DNA of 64,000 nt from Lytechinus pictus. Taxonomy: Eukaryota. Where the stretch lies: positions 31,000,001-31,064,000 of the forward strand of contig NC_087256.1 of assembly GCF_037042905.1 (NCBI RefSeq). Reading direction: 5' to 3'. The translations under genes and the position numbers were made by a program. This document shows positions 28,601 through 41,738 of this stretch, one piece after another. How positions within the stretch are numbered: the first letter of the stretch is position 1; every line of letters begins with the position of its first letter. Under the pieces are notes generated by a model. It was given only the letters and a program-made list of their open reading frames with translations. It did not search any database and was not told the DNA's origin.

Positions 28601-30990
28601 GAGCTTGTCTTTGACGGCATTTCCATGGATACTTGGTGATAATTTCCTCCAAGTTCACTAACCCTCAGACGTCTTTCCATCTGATCTATTAAGTACAGTG
28701 CCCAACCATTGACAAGAACTACTGATTAAAAATAACTAAGGAAAAAGGTTTCGGGAGAGATAACCCATACAAGTTTTTCGTTTTGTATCGTTTGGAAGCT
28801 ATGAGCTGAGATGGATTTAAGATGTTAATGAACTAGATCTGCTGAGACAGAGTTCTTTAAGACACCTGTTGCTTCACATGAACTGGTAGGAGACATCGCT
28901 TGTGACATGGTAGTATTGGAGAAGAGAAGCGGAACCTAGACGAGGACGAATCAGCATCTGGACCTCTACCCTCGGGACCCAAGCAGATCCCTTTAGGATT
29001 AGCACCCAACTCGAAGGAAACAGCGGGCCATGGGATCACTTCTTAGTCGACCAGACGACATGTATGACTTTATCTCAAAGAGATTCCCCAGTGACGATGA
29101 CTCTGAATTCAAATTAAAACACGATAGGAGACATAAAAGGAGATGGAGGCAGTTTGCAATATAAATTTCGTAGAAAAGGCCTACGAAATAAAAATTTCAT
29201 TTCATAAGCGACTATTTAGGAGTATTACCTAATCAATTTCTATGGACAAGCATTCCAAGAACCTAATTTTCGGATCAAGAAATTTGATTCTCATTGAATT
29301 TAAGTTATTTGATTTTTTTTAATTCCATACATGAGAAAAATAATATTCATTACGTTGATGGTTCACCACTTGCAAAAAACAAAATTTTAATTCATGTTTA
29401 AGCATCATGACGTATGATAACTCGATTACTGCTATGGTGTATACTGATTCACACTGTTATCATGCCGCCATTTGAGACTATTTACTTATATTACTCTCAT
29501 TGTAGACTTATCAGTTAATATATAATTGGGGTTCTTAGAAGCGTTAGTGTAATTACAATGTGCTCACGGGGAAGCGAGAGAGGTAATATAGAGAGTATAA
29601 ATACTACAGAGAGAGAGAGAGGGAGAGATGAAGAAAAGAGAGGTACATTTAGCGAAAAGAAGATGGATAGAGAAAGTGGTGGAGGTAACCTTTTTCTCGA
29701 TTTCTTTCTAACATCTTTGTTTTCTGAGAAAGATCGTCGATTACATCGCTTGGGTGTTTGCGAATCTTAAACCTGTATATTCCTAAATTTCAACTATATG
29801 TAGATGAATAGATATAGTGTACGTCGGTGCTTAATTGTGAGTGTGCTTATATCATGGACCTATTTGTAACATGTTTATATGCAGGTGTCAGTGTAAGTGT
29901 GCGTAGGTGCTTAAATGTGTGTGTATGATGTGTGCTTAGATCCGTAGGTCAATGTCATCCACCGTGGGAAGATTACAAATCACTATCAAACCGGGGACGT
30001 TTGATAAAAACGTTTTTAACGTCTGAAATAACTATAACTTATACGGCGCCACATTACTAGGTAAAAAAATATTTATGCAGCCCAAACGTCCCCGGTTACC
30101 GATAAATTGCCATACACTAATGTCCCTGATTGTATATTGAATACAACTAGAGTGTGAGGGTGAGTGAGTCCCCACTTGAATGTGTTTAGACAGATTGTCT
30201 TTTTTTACCTTCCACGTTTTATGGCATAAACGTATATGTATACATGGAAGAGAGTGAAATGGTGTGCGCGCGGGTGTGTAAAGTAGTGTGTGGGTTCATG
30301 TGGACATGCCGTTGTATAATAATTTCTAAAAGTTTGAGTGGGACCCAAACGTGAGTGTGGTGGCAGGTGTCTTATGCTACGAGCACATGAGTGTAAGTGA
30401 CTGATCTGACTGGGTTGAAAGATCCTTTTCTTGTTTTTCTTTCGAACTTCCATACAGAATAAAAATTTTGCAGCGTCTTAATATACACAAGAAGTCCAAA
30501 CATAAACACAAAAACAAAAAAGTGTAATCCCCAAACCCAACAACAAATAAAAAAAGAAAAAAAAACTTGACACCATTTTCAAGTAATGAAGTTTGAGCCA
30601 AAAATGGCCAGACGGATTTGATTAGATATCTACAAACGTGAGAAAATGTATTGTATACTGATTTTGTTTGCATATACATTCGAAGTGTTTATATTATTCC
30701 GAAAGTATACAAATGTTTAGAAAGACGAATCAATTGTTATTTGATGATTGTGTTTGCAATTTATAAACAATATAACTTTATTTATTATTTTTTCAGCTGT
30801 GGTGGTAGAGTAACCCCACTAATGCATCATGAATGCAGACGATTATTAAAAGAATAAGAGTGATAAAAAAAAACAATCATTGGCTCGTTGTTTCTATTCT
30901 TTACATAATCAAGGGATTTTCTTTCATTTACACGATTTTGCATGTATTATTTCTATCATCACAGCAATAAAAAATTGAACAATCGATAAC

Positions 30991-31152
30991 GGGTGCCGTG
31001 GCCGAGTGGTCTAAGGCGCCTGGCTATACATGTAAAGTCCGGGGTTCGATCCCCGGCCGCGGCACCTATGCCCGTGAGCAAGGCATTTAATCTACAATTG
31101 CTTTATGCATTATTGGTAACTAGGCGTGCACTTGTTTAAAAAAAAATAATAA
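30991..31152 (+). mobile_element. tRNA-derived SINE, internally deleted copy
   Basis: GTGGCCGAGTGGTCTAAGGCG, GGTTCGATCCCC, A-rich tail. Near-identical to 47152-47340. Confidence 0.88.
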
Positions 31153-31169
31153 CTCACAAGTTGCACACT

Positions 31170-31354
31170 GGTTCCTTGACATTTTCTCCTGCGGCAGTCG
31201 ATCCACTTTGAATTCCACACACTAATCTAATGACCAACTTCAACCCTGCTTACCCTACCCTAAACCTAACATAAACCCTATTGCAACCCTAACCCTACAT
31301 CCTATACGAAATTAAGCCCGGAGCAATTGTCGCAGGAGCAAATGTCTTGTTACC
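31170..31354 (+). mobile_element. Same MITE family as 41499-41683
   Basis: Shared ATTCCACACACTAATC, ACTTCAACCCTG, CCTAAACCTAACATAAA, ATTGCAACCCTA, GAGCAAATGTC. Confidence 0.75.
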
Positions 31355-31843
31355 TGCATGATTAGTGTGAAAAAGTTTTGCAAAACGAATCGCTAGAGCA
31401 TATTTCGGTACAATGGAAACGTGGCGTTACGTTTGGAATGATTTTTTTCCTTCTCATTTGGAATGATAAGAGATGTTATCAATAGGAAAGGTTCAATTGA
31501 ATAGACCGGCACCTATGTCTGAAGAGTTCGTTACCTGTGTGAAGGGGTGCGATACATAAGCTCAGGTATGGACCTTGACATAATCTACCTGAGCCAGCTT
31601 ACCTGGCCAACATTAAAGGTAAGATGTGGAGTTTGAAAGGGGGAGCTGGAATAATAACTTCATGCTAGAAATGTTACAATTCAGGTTATTGTACCAGCAC
31701 CGCTCTTGCGATTGCAACCAAAACCCCACGGCAACATCCCCCAAGTTTCCTGGCCAAGATGAAGGTTTAGATGTTGGCTTTGAAAAAGAGATGATATCAT
31801 GGCTTCATGTCGGACATGTTTGAAATCGGTTCCTTCCATGACC

Positions 31844-32397
31844 GCTCTGCTTTTTCTATATTGCGACAAAATTGCGAAACCTTTGATCCGAGATTCTCAT
31901 GTAAAAGTTGAAATTGGAAATATTTTTTTCGTAATTGCTCTGCTTTTTCTATATTGCGACAAAATTGCGAAACCTTTGGTCCGAGATTCTCATGTAAAAG
32001 TTGAAATTGGAAATATTTTTTTCATAATTGCTCTGCTTTTTCTATATTGGGACAAAATTGCGAAAGCTTTGGTCCGAGATCCTCATGGAAAAGTTGAAAT
32101 TGGAAATATTTTTTTCGTAATTGCTCTGCTTTTTCTATATTGCGACAAAATCGCGAAACCTTTGGTCCGAGATTCTCATGTAAAAGTTGAAATTGGAAAT
32201 CTTTTTTTCATAATTGCTCTGCTTTTTCTATATTGGGACAAAATTGCGAAAGCTTTGGTCCGAGATCCTCATGGAAAAGTTGAAATTGGAAATATTGTTT
32301 CGTAATTGCTCTGCTTTTTCTATATTGCGACAAAATTACGATAGCTTTTGTCCGAGATCCTCATGGAAAAGTTGAAATTGGAAAAAAAAATTCATAA
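31844..32397. repeat. 93-bp tandem repeat, about 6 copies
   Basis: Unit GCTCTGCTTTTTCTATATTG(C/G)GACAAAATTGCGAAA...AAAGTTGAAATTGGAAAT...TAATT, starting at 31844, 31937 and onward. Confidence 0.95.
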
Positions 32398-33067
32398 TTA
32401 ATTTTATATAATTTTCGGATTTTATTCAGGTAAAACCATAAAACAAATATAAATACCATGGAGAAAGGCGCGCCTAGGCGGTCCGAAAACCGATAAATGC
32501 CTTTGTGTACAAAGTAATATAAAATCCAAAATAGTTCACACAAAAATATCAAATATTTAACCTTATAAAACTAAGACAATACCCCTGAAATAGATAAAAA
32601 TTGTGATAGAACGAGAATGAAACCCAGGGGAAATAAATCAGTTTCATGCCGTAGGGGAGAAAAGAGAATCTAACAAGAAAAAAGAGAGACTATAACTAGA
32701 CAGATAATATTGTATAAGTGTTATGTCAAAACCTCCATAGTTACCCTAATATGTGTAATATAAAAATGACGTACAAACTTGAAATTCCCTAATATTGGTC
32801 AATACATCCTTAGAACATAAGATACTTATTCTAATTGGGCATAATTTTGTTTCTACGTACGCCACCTCTGCACCCCTCAATAATCTTTCGCTTTTATCAA
32901 TCAGCAATGATAACGATGAATACATTTCGTTAGTCACTTTGAATGCAGAAGTTCTGATTCAAATGTGGAGAAAAACACACATTTAACATTTGCCTAAATA
33001 ATTTGTGTCAACATTAATTTATAAAATACTGGGTATGTCGAAAATGACCGAATTTTTTGTAACAAAC

Positions 33068-34970
33068 CGCCCTTTCACACGGTAAAAAAAAATCGTAATT
33101 TGAATGATTCCAGTCAGGGGCGTAGACAACGGGGGGGATGAGGGGGATGCATCCCCCCCACCTCACAAGGTGGGGGGGATGGCATGTACAATCATCCCCC
33201 CCAGGTTTTGGGGAATGATATTTGGTTACTTAATAAGTCATAATGATGATAATAATAGTAATAATAATAATGATAACAATTATAATATTAATAATAATAA
33301 TAATTATGATGATGATGATAATAATCCTCATCATTATTGTAATTGTGTTTATTGTTATTAGCCGCATTCACACGGTGAAAGCCAATTCAGACGGTAAAAA
33401 AAAGAAAATCTTACAAGTATTTTGTGGTTATCTTGTGGTTTGGAAACCACAAGATAACCACAAGATTAATCGCGCATATTTTGCAGTGCGCGCAATCTCG
33501 TGGTGTGGAAACCAAAAGATAACCACGAGTTTTGCGTGTTCAAATGGGGCAAACCACGTGTTATAGGCATTATACATTGTGTGCAAAATGCATCAGCGCA
33601 ATCTAAAACAGAATAGAAAATGAATGTGATACAACAGTATACATAATAATTCGTGACAGAGAGTACCATACTACTATCTTTATAACATATATAATTATGT
33701 ATAATCATGAATTGTTCAACTTCATGCTCCCACTATATGACTATTGTTACACTAATACTGACATCAGGACTGACTGGTATACATTAGTTTGTTGTTAAGC
33801 TTGCAGCAGCTACATCTTTTCTGTATTGTTAACTATTTATTTATTTTTGTTTTATTTAAGATGCACTTTGTTTTGTATTCATTTAAAGTATGAAATGCGA
33901 GATAAAAGGAACCAATTAGCATTATTATTTGTATTAGTATTATTTTGTATTTGTATTATTATTATTATTATTATTACTATTATAAGACTGAGATCAAATA
34001 TAAGTAAATAATGCCCTAATTTGAAACGATGCAATGCCGTTATGGTTCCGATTTCTTCACAAACTTACAAAGCAGTATTGTTACTCCATGGATCATAGTG
34101 ATACTGTTTATGTTTTTTGTATCTGTATGTTAATGAGCCGCCAGCCAATATCCATCTATGGATACTATGCCTGTTTCTTTGAGGTAAAAAAAGCATAGTA
34201 TGTACGTATTCATTATGCTTTATAATGAACAGACATATTGTTATTTGTTTGTTGTTTATGTGTTCTATTCACAAATGGCCACAGAGGCTGTTTTCATTCA
34301 TAACCACATACCCATATCAAGACAACAAAGACCATACCTGCGTGTACACAGTTGACATTGGTTTTTTTTTCTGAAGAGGTGTAACAGCAAAATTCACAGA
34401 GATAAATAAATACGTAGTGTGGTTCAATATGCAATACTATGTGTCAGTCCATTCTGTATTCGTATGCCACGGTGTGTAGATCTTGTCGATGTATGTCTGT
34501 CCATTCAAGGCGTAGTATGTGTGTGGTGCGCGCACCCGTGTGTGAGCGTGTGTGTGTGTGTGTGAGTATGTGTGTGTGTGCGTGCGCGCTTGTGTGTGTT
34601 ATAAATTTTACCTCATTAAGTATGCATCAGATTGCACGATTTCAAGTTCAAAATTGCAAAAGCTCCCTACCGTGGGAGGGGGGACACCCCCCTCCCACAC
34701 CCTCCCCCCGCTCGGTCGCTTCGCTCCCTCACTCGGGCGCTTCGCGCCCTCACTAGCGTTGGCAGCCCAGTCATCCCCCCCAGGTGTACGAACCTGTCTA
34801 CGCCACTGATTCCAGTGAAAAATAAGGCTATTGACGAATTTTTAGCACGTGTGAAACCAAACTAGAATCACGAACGCTAATCACAAACACGAATTCAAAT
34901 TTTACTCCGGAGGTGAATTCCAGTTAAGTTTCACTCAAATTACGGTACGAATTTTCCGTGTGAAAGGTCC
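33068..34970. mobile_element. Harbinger-like MITE hosting the hAT element
   Basis: Inverted CCTTTCACACGG (33071-33082) and CCGTGTGAAAGG (34956-34967) enclose the hAT insertion. Confidence 0.6.
33115..34808. mobile_element. hAT-like non-autonomous element (1.7 kb)
   Basis: TIR CAGGGGCGTAGAC / GTCTACGCCACTG, perfect 8-bp TSD ATTCCAGT (33107-33114 and 34809-34816), poly-G/C subtermini. Confidence 0.85.
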
Positions 34971-37900
34971 GATGATTATTTTGCATTTCACCTTTAAAGA
35001 TCCACCAATGCCAAGAAGACGACACGACCCATAATTGCATCAGGGTCCAATTCAAAACCGGAACTACTTTTTCCAGAGCAATCGCGACGTTATCGCAATC
35101 GGAAGAGCGGAATGATCATAGAATCAATGAAATTTTAACATGTCTGACATGAAATTGCTTGTATTCCGTTCCGGTGCACTGGCAGTGACGTTGCAGTCTG
35201 GCGTATTTTGAGATTGCCGTTATGACTTCCGGATAGCAAAATAAACATGAATTGAAATTCGAGAATTATACCTTTGATCTGAAAATGGACGTCTGTCAAC
35301 TTCAGGATTTTTTCTTTCTTTCGTTCCTACTCTTTTTTCTTTAATAAGTATCTAGGTGCCTTGTAAGTTGTAAATAAAGTGTTACTGAACGTTCTTTAAA
35401 ATTTTGTTTGTCCGTTTATAACTAATTTTGGTTGCCGTAAAACAATACAATTTAAGGCCTTTGAATATAATTCCATTTAAGAGTTTGTCCCAAGCAAAAG
35501 TTATTAAACAAAAACCCTAGATGTGGATACTTTTAGACTTTTCTTCATTCAAATACTGTACTACGTGGAAACTTGTTACCTGAGAGAACGCATTAGGCGG
35601 TGTTGAGTGCATATTCTTAAATCCTAAATACCACTTTCAGGAAACCTATTCACTAAAGGTGGATTGGAAAAAAATGGGTGAGCTACTAGGTGCGTTAAAT
35701 TTAGTATAAGTTATAAATGAAAAGAGAAATAAAGTAATCAATTATTGATGAACACATAAAAAGACTTTTATTTTTGAATTAATTAAATACACACAAAAGC
35801 AGAGAGAGTGAAAGAAATTTTAAGATGAAAAGGTTCAGAATAAAGATTATAAAAAGGGAAATATGAACTTATAAACTAAAGTAATATTGAAAAGATGCAC
35901 TTTGTGCAAATATGAATGCGAAATAATGCTTATCGTATCGAATTTAGGTAAATTGATAACCAATGTAAATTTTATTATTTTGATCGTCATTAGTAATCAT
36001 TATATGCACATCACAGACCGATTTGAAATAAATGAATATCGTCTGCTTGAAAAGTGCGTTTGTGGATTTGGAAAACAATTACTATTCAATATCACTTCTT
36101 TTTCATTTGCGTAATCGAGATTAATGACTTACTAGACTAGGATTGTCTGTGACGTAATGGGCTGAAGAAAATTGAGGGGCAACATGCCGTATGTTAAATT
36201 AAAAATTACGAGCGAAAAGTTTGATCTTTTAAAGTGAAAATCTAATTTTGTGTCATTTTGAGACAATATTGAGAAAGTAATATCACAGTTCACCCTTTCC
36301 TTCTCGTTCCTCTTTTTTTTTTTGGGGGGGGGGAGTCGTGATACTTTTGGAGTTTCGGTGACCCACAGCCCCCCCCCCCAAAAAAAAAAAAAAATCTATA
36401 ACTACTTTATATAAGCCAAGGAAAACTTGACAACTTATTGAAGATGTTGAACGGGTTGTGAACAGGAAGTAATTGCTTTTCATATAGACTCAGGTTGTAT
36501 TATTTTGCCGATGACAGGAAATTAGTTGGCCTATTCTTTTATTCTTGCGGAACAAAATACATATGATTATTTGTCATAAACATGTTATTTGTAATCATGG
36601 TTCCTCTTTTGACAATGTACATTTCCGGTATTCCATGGTCAAAACTCTAGGACGCCCCGTTGCACCAGGGCGGAATTACCTTTTCTTTCTTCTCTAGTCT
36701 TAACTTAATTACCCAAATAAACCTATGGACCTGATGGGTGGATAGTATAATTAACTTCAATGACTCACCTGTTTGGTTTTCATTTATTTAAGATCGAGTT
36801 TGGGGGAAAAAAACTTTCAGTTTTTCCCTATTTTACGTCGAAATTAATATTGGAACGTGGTGGGAAGAGTGAAGGTCATTGCAGTTCATCCGAGCCTGGC
36901 TTTGATGGAGACCTTGTTTCGTCCTGAACCCCGCTGGTGAGCTACCCACATCGTACCAACCAGCACACGGTGACTCAGCGCGTCAACCATGCTCTCGCTC
37001 TCCGCCTCCAACCCCTAAACAACTGTCCGCATTGTCCAATATTCGCCATTCCTAGGAATTAAATCACCGTCTCTTCGCAATTAAGTATGATAGCTGCGTG
37101 GTAGGGAAGATTTCGAGCGGATACATCTTATTGCTTTTATTTTCATTTTGAACTTGATTTTCTTCCAGGTGGCGGGGGGGGGTCTGTCCAGCGCAGGCGG
37201 GAAGACTTGAGATCTAAATTTAGTAGTTGAACCCTTGCGATTGTTTAACAGTTGCGGTGAAGTGCGCTTACCTGTGCTGTATTACGTTTGGCAAAAGTTG
37301 CATCGCACGAAGGCCGCAGAACACCTATGGGCTGGCTAAATATAGCACTCAATCAACCAGGGGAAGGTCCTCTGATACCTTATAGACTTGGTAGGAGGGA
37401 CGGTGAGACTAATGGAGATGGACAAGTTTAGCCCTTGTTCTCCTTCTTACCCCTTTATGGCAACCCAGATGCTCCCAAAGCTGATTGAAGAAAGTGGTTC
37501 ATGTGTCCAGATGTGTGTATTTTCCCCTTCATTATCACATGATGAAAATGATCTTTGCCTGGACTAATGATCCAACTCCAAGAAGGTATAAGTTTCCTCT
37601 TGAGATGTATCCCCAAGAGAATTATACGATCCTTGTTACAGGAACGCATTTCACTAATAGGAAGGATGATAGTGGAATGGTTTGACGATTCCTTTTAGAC
37701 ATTAGTTATCATTTGATTGTTTTTACGACGAATATCTGTGAGGAAAGGATGGGGGTGTTAAGCATATGTAAAATGGTTTAAAACGTAATATTCATAAGTT
37801 TAGAAAGATTTCAAATGTAGAATTTTGCATGTCAAATTGCATAAAAATTGAATTTCAAGTTTCTAATATCCGAATATATAATTCAAATGTAAAAACGTAG

Positions 37901-38153
37901 TTTTCTACTTTTTCAATCTTCAAACTGCAAATTTCAAATTACGAAATTCAAAAATCATATTTAAAATGTCAAATTTCAACTTTGAAAATTTTCAAAGTTT
38001 TTAAATCGAAATTTATGATTAATAACTGTCAAAAATCAAATGTCAAATTTCATATATCATATATCACATTTCTTATTTGAAAATTTATAATTTCAAATTT
38101 GAATTCCAAATTCTATGAATATGAATTTTACAATGATAAATTCCAAATCTTAT

Positions 38154-38938
38154 CCCTTATTAAACTGGGGGTAAATTTGACCCCCACAACAAATTTCGCC
38201 ACTACGCCGCCGCGCAATTTTTTTTTAGACCGCGCCGCTCGCAGACTTTCTACTTTCAAGACTTTTGCATCTTTTGAAACTAAATTTGCGAAGCCCGGGT
38301 ACGCGATTCCGAAATTACGCAATATTTTGTAAGCGCATGTCGGTCCCAAAATTGCAAAAAAAAAGTGATTACGTTTACAAAGTCAATGCGAATTGTGTTT
38401 TTCAACCAAAAATAAAAAAATGTATGATTATTTTTACTTTTTGTTGGTTTAGATGGATTTATCTTATGTTATTTATGATCGCAAAATGGTCCCCGACAAA
38501 GTTCATTAAAAAATAATAAAAAACAAAGGTTTGAAAAAACTAAGAAATACAAAAGAATAAAAAACAATAAGATACATAGGAAATTAATTATATTTCGGCA
38601 ATTTTTTGTAGATTTTTGTTAGAAATGTAAAAATTTATATGTTCACCAAAAATTAGCATTCTACTAACTATATAAAATGAGTTTAAGGCAAAAGCATACA
38701 CAAAAAACCGAAGTTCGGGCAAATTTCATACGCTTATTTGCATAATTAATTAAATGAAAATATATAGCAACTAATTTTTTGAAAATTTTACTTTACAGTC
38801 TTGTTGTTTACATCTGGCTCTACGCGCGTGCAAATTTTCGCAGTGATCGCGCAATAAACGGCCGAGATCTGGGGGGGGGGGTCAAATTGACCCCTTCCCC
38901 AGTTTATGTTGGTCTGAAATAGCCCAGTTGAGATAGGG
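38154..38938. mobile_element. piggyBac-like non-autonomous element
   Basis: TTAT-CCCTTATTAAACTGGG ... CCCAGTTGAGATAGGG-TGAA, subterminal AA(T)TTGACCCC at both ends. CCC termini with decayed TTAA. Confidence 0.6.
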
Positions 38939-40341
38939 TGAAATTATAAGTCTTGCTCATTTCAAAAATTTAGAATTGCGATTTGAATTTACTTATTTTA
39001 ACCAAAGAGAAATACATGGATATTGTATTAAACATATGGAAATATCATACATGATACGTTTTTATTACATAATCTAGAACATGTATTCGCAATTAATGGA
39101 ATAAAACTTGGAGATATTTGAAAAATCACGTTACGAATGAAAAAGTGAAATAGTATATGATCCAAATTAGTACAACTATTTAGTTATGAATGACTTCAAG
39201 TTTTCATAAAGAGCTAGGTTTTCTAGATAATTTCGTGCATTGTGAAAATAATATGAGTATAGATTACTCCCTCAAAATTCCATGTAAAATACGATTCTGA
39301 TATCTATAATGTTATCAAAGTCTGCAAGGTTTGATTCAAGAGATATATCTTTTTTAATTAGGAGTGCAAAAGGATCGCCGCCCCTCTTGTCTGTCTCGTC
39401 GTTTGTCGCCTCACTACATTTCCTGTAGATGTCGACTGGTTGACATATGGTTACGCCTCGACAGCTCTGGACAGAGGAAGACACGATCAAGACCATGTTT
39501 GTCTGCACAGAATTAAATGCTAATTAGTGACCTGAAAGCCACCGTATCCATTTCTCACCAGGTCTGTCAGTAGCCTTTAATTGTCCGCTATGTTCATCAC
39601 ATGGTGAGCTGTTGAGGAGACCCGTAATAGCCTGCTCACCCGTGGTGTGAAAGCCTCACGGCCACGGAACGATCGTGAGAATCCGGCCTTTTCCCAACCA
39701 ATCACCAGCCAACGGGCCCTTTTCATGACAGCTCAAGCTACAATTAATTTGTTTTAAAAACTTTAATATGTTTCTTTTCCGACTTATGACATTTCGCGGA
39801 CCTGGGAGTAATGAAGAGAGTGAGTATAAGAGAAAGAAAGCAGAGGTTTTTTTTTCTCAGCCTAGTTGTTTCCAGATTAATACCATTCATAATTTTACAA
39901 GTTCCTTGGGTCCATCTGGTAGCAATCAATCAGAAAACCTACTAAGATGCTGTATCATATGTATATTTGGTTGACACCTGACATTGAGTAAAGCGTAATA
40001 TTCAAACAACAATCAATAAAATGGTCTTGTGGATTTTGGTAAGTTCTAAAAGATTATCGAAGGGTTGAAAAACGCCATCGTTCGATTTGGTTTTACATAA
40101 ACTAAGAAAATGTTTGTCATAGATGGACTAAACTGATTCGAACTTGGAACTTACAATACGCATGCGCAATGGCGCCTCGTTTGATCACGTGACCGATCTG
40201 GAAAACGGAGCAGAGATCTGTCAACAAACATAGCACAGTTCAAGGTCTAACATCATGTACAGTATCTATACGCATCATTCAATCCAGTCGCTGATGCCCT
40301 CAGTTACACCGACCCAATCGACTCCAAAGCGACCGATAATA

Positions 40342-40583
40342 CACTGCAAAAACTCCGGTGTTGATTTAACACCAGCCCGGAATCTATATATGTCCACACC
40401 AGAAAAGTATTAAAACAACACCAGTTTGGAATCAAACCGATGCTGTTTTGATTCTAATTGGTGTTGTATAAACACCTATCTGGTGTTAGACCAAAACGAA
40501 ACTGGTGTTGTTTAACACTTCTCTGGTGTGGACATGTATAGATTCCGGGCTGCTGCTAAATCAACTCCAGAGTTTTTGCAGTG
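40342..40583. mobile_element. Palindromic MITE, CACTGCAAAAACTCCGG family, copy 1
   Basis: TA-CACTGCAAAAACTCCGGTGTTGATTTAACACCAGCCCGGAATCTA... and its reverse complement, ending in TA. Confidence 0.88.
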
Positions 40584-41273
40584 TATACCTTTGATCGGTC
40601 TGGAGTCGGTTTCGTTGGTATGACTGTAGTGTTATAGACATACAAAAGATTACTGCAGTGCTCTTTCATCCATTCAAATCGGGAAATCTTACGGGTTATG
40701 GACTTGATTCTGGTTCCTGGGAAGCTCGTTACATTTCCATTGACTGGATACAACAACATAATAATCGATGGTGAGGACGATGTGACGAGAAAAGAGCGCA
40801 TCTTTATCCGGCTGTGATGACGTAGCGATAATTGAGAGAGGAGTTCCGTTGCGTGTTAGCAGAACCCCGCTGAGATTTCTATTACCCCTTGATTGGCAGT
40901 GCGCAAATACGAGAGGGATATATCAAAAACTATACCAGGGAGGGTTATATCCAAATGCAATACAATGTTATTGTCGTCATTGGCATGTTGGGAAGGGAAA
41001 GTAACTCCATGAATTTAATTTTCTGAATGTTTATTGTTCATCAACTCATCAGACACCATTCTTTTATCAGCAGTAGATATGAACGTTAAATGTAGTTCTT
41101 CTGGAAAAAAAATATGTATAAAAAAAAACAGAAATGATTTAGTGTGGTATATACGGATATTTATATAACAGTATATAGAAGAGAATCATGAGTGCAAGAT
41201 TGGGGGGGGGGTAAAGGAGTATTGTGTGTGTGCGTGGATGTGCGTTTTGTGTGCGAGCAGATATAAATTTGTA

Positions 41274-41738
41274 CACTGGTAGAAAGCTGAAAAATTATAA
41301 AAAAAAATTTACAGCAGAATATCAAAATCTTTCTGTAAATTTTTATTACTGGAAATTTTCTGTAATTTAACAGAACGGCTCTTTCGTTAAGAAGGAAAAG
41401 GGGAGCTTTCATTCAGGAAATTCGTAACGTTCTATACACTTGATTTAACACAAGGCATGTATATTTACACATTGCAGTGAGATAACAGGTGTTTTGAAGG
41501 ATTCCATGGCATTTGCTCCGGCGACAATTGCTCCCCTGTAGATTCCACACACTAATCGAATGACCTACTTCAACCCTGGGTTCAACACTATACTCTATAT
41601 CCTAAACCTAACATAAAACCATATTGCAACCCTATCCCTATATCTTAGACAAAATAAAGCTCTGAGCAAATGTCGTGTCACCGTTCTCAAGACTATGCTG
41701 CAGGCACTACTGTTTTTAAGGAGAAATTTTTAACAGTG
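41274..41738. mobile_element. CACTG/TA MITE interrupted by another MITE
   Basis: TA-CACTGGTAGAAA ... TTTTTAACAGTG-TA. Uninterrupted partial relative at 17964-18158. Confidence 0.7.
41499..41683 (+). mobile_element. MITE with GACATTTGCTCC/GGAGCAAATGTC subtermini and degenerate CCCTAA interior
   Basis: Colinear with 31170-31354. Inverted subterminal motif. Confidence 0.75.

Noticed and set aside
31240-31305. Interstitial telomeric repeat
   Set aside because: Degenerate CCCTAA units are the interior of a MITE family also seen at 41499.
31799-32305. 168-aa repeat protein or CRISPR-like array
   Set aside because: A 93-bp tandem repeat with no unique spacers. The frame is open because the period is a multiple of 3, there is no ATG start, and the context is eukaryotic.
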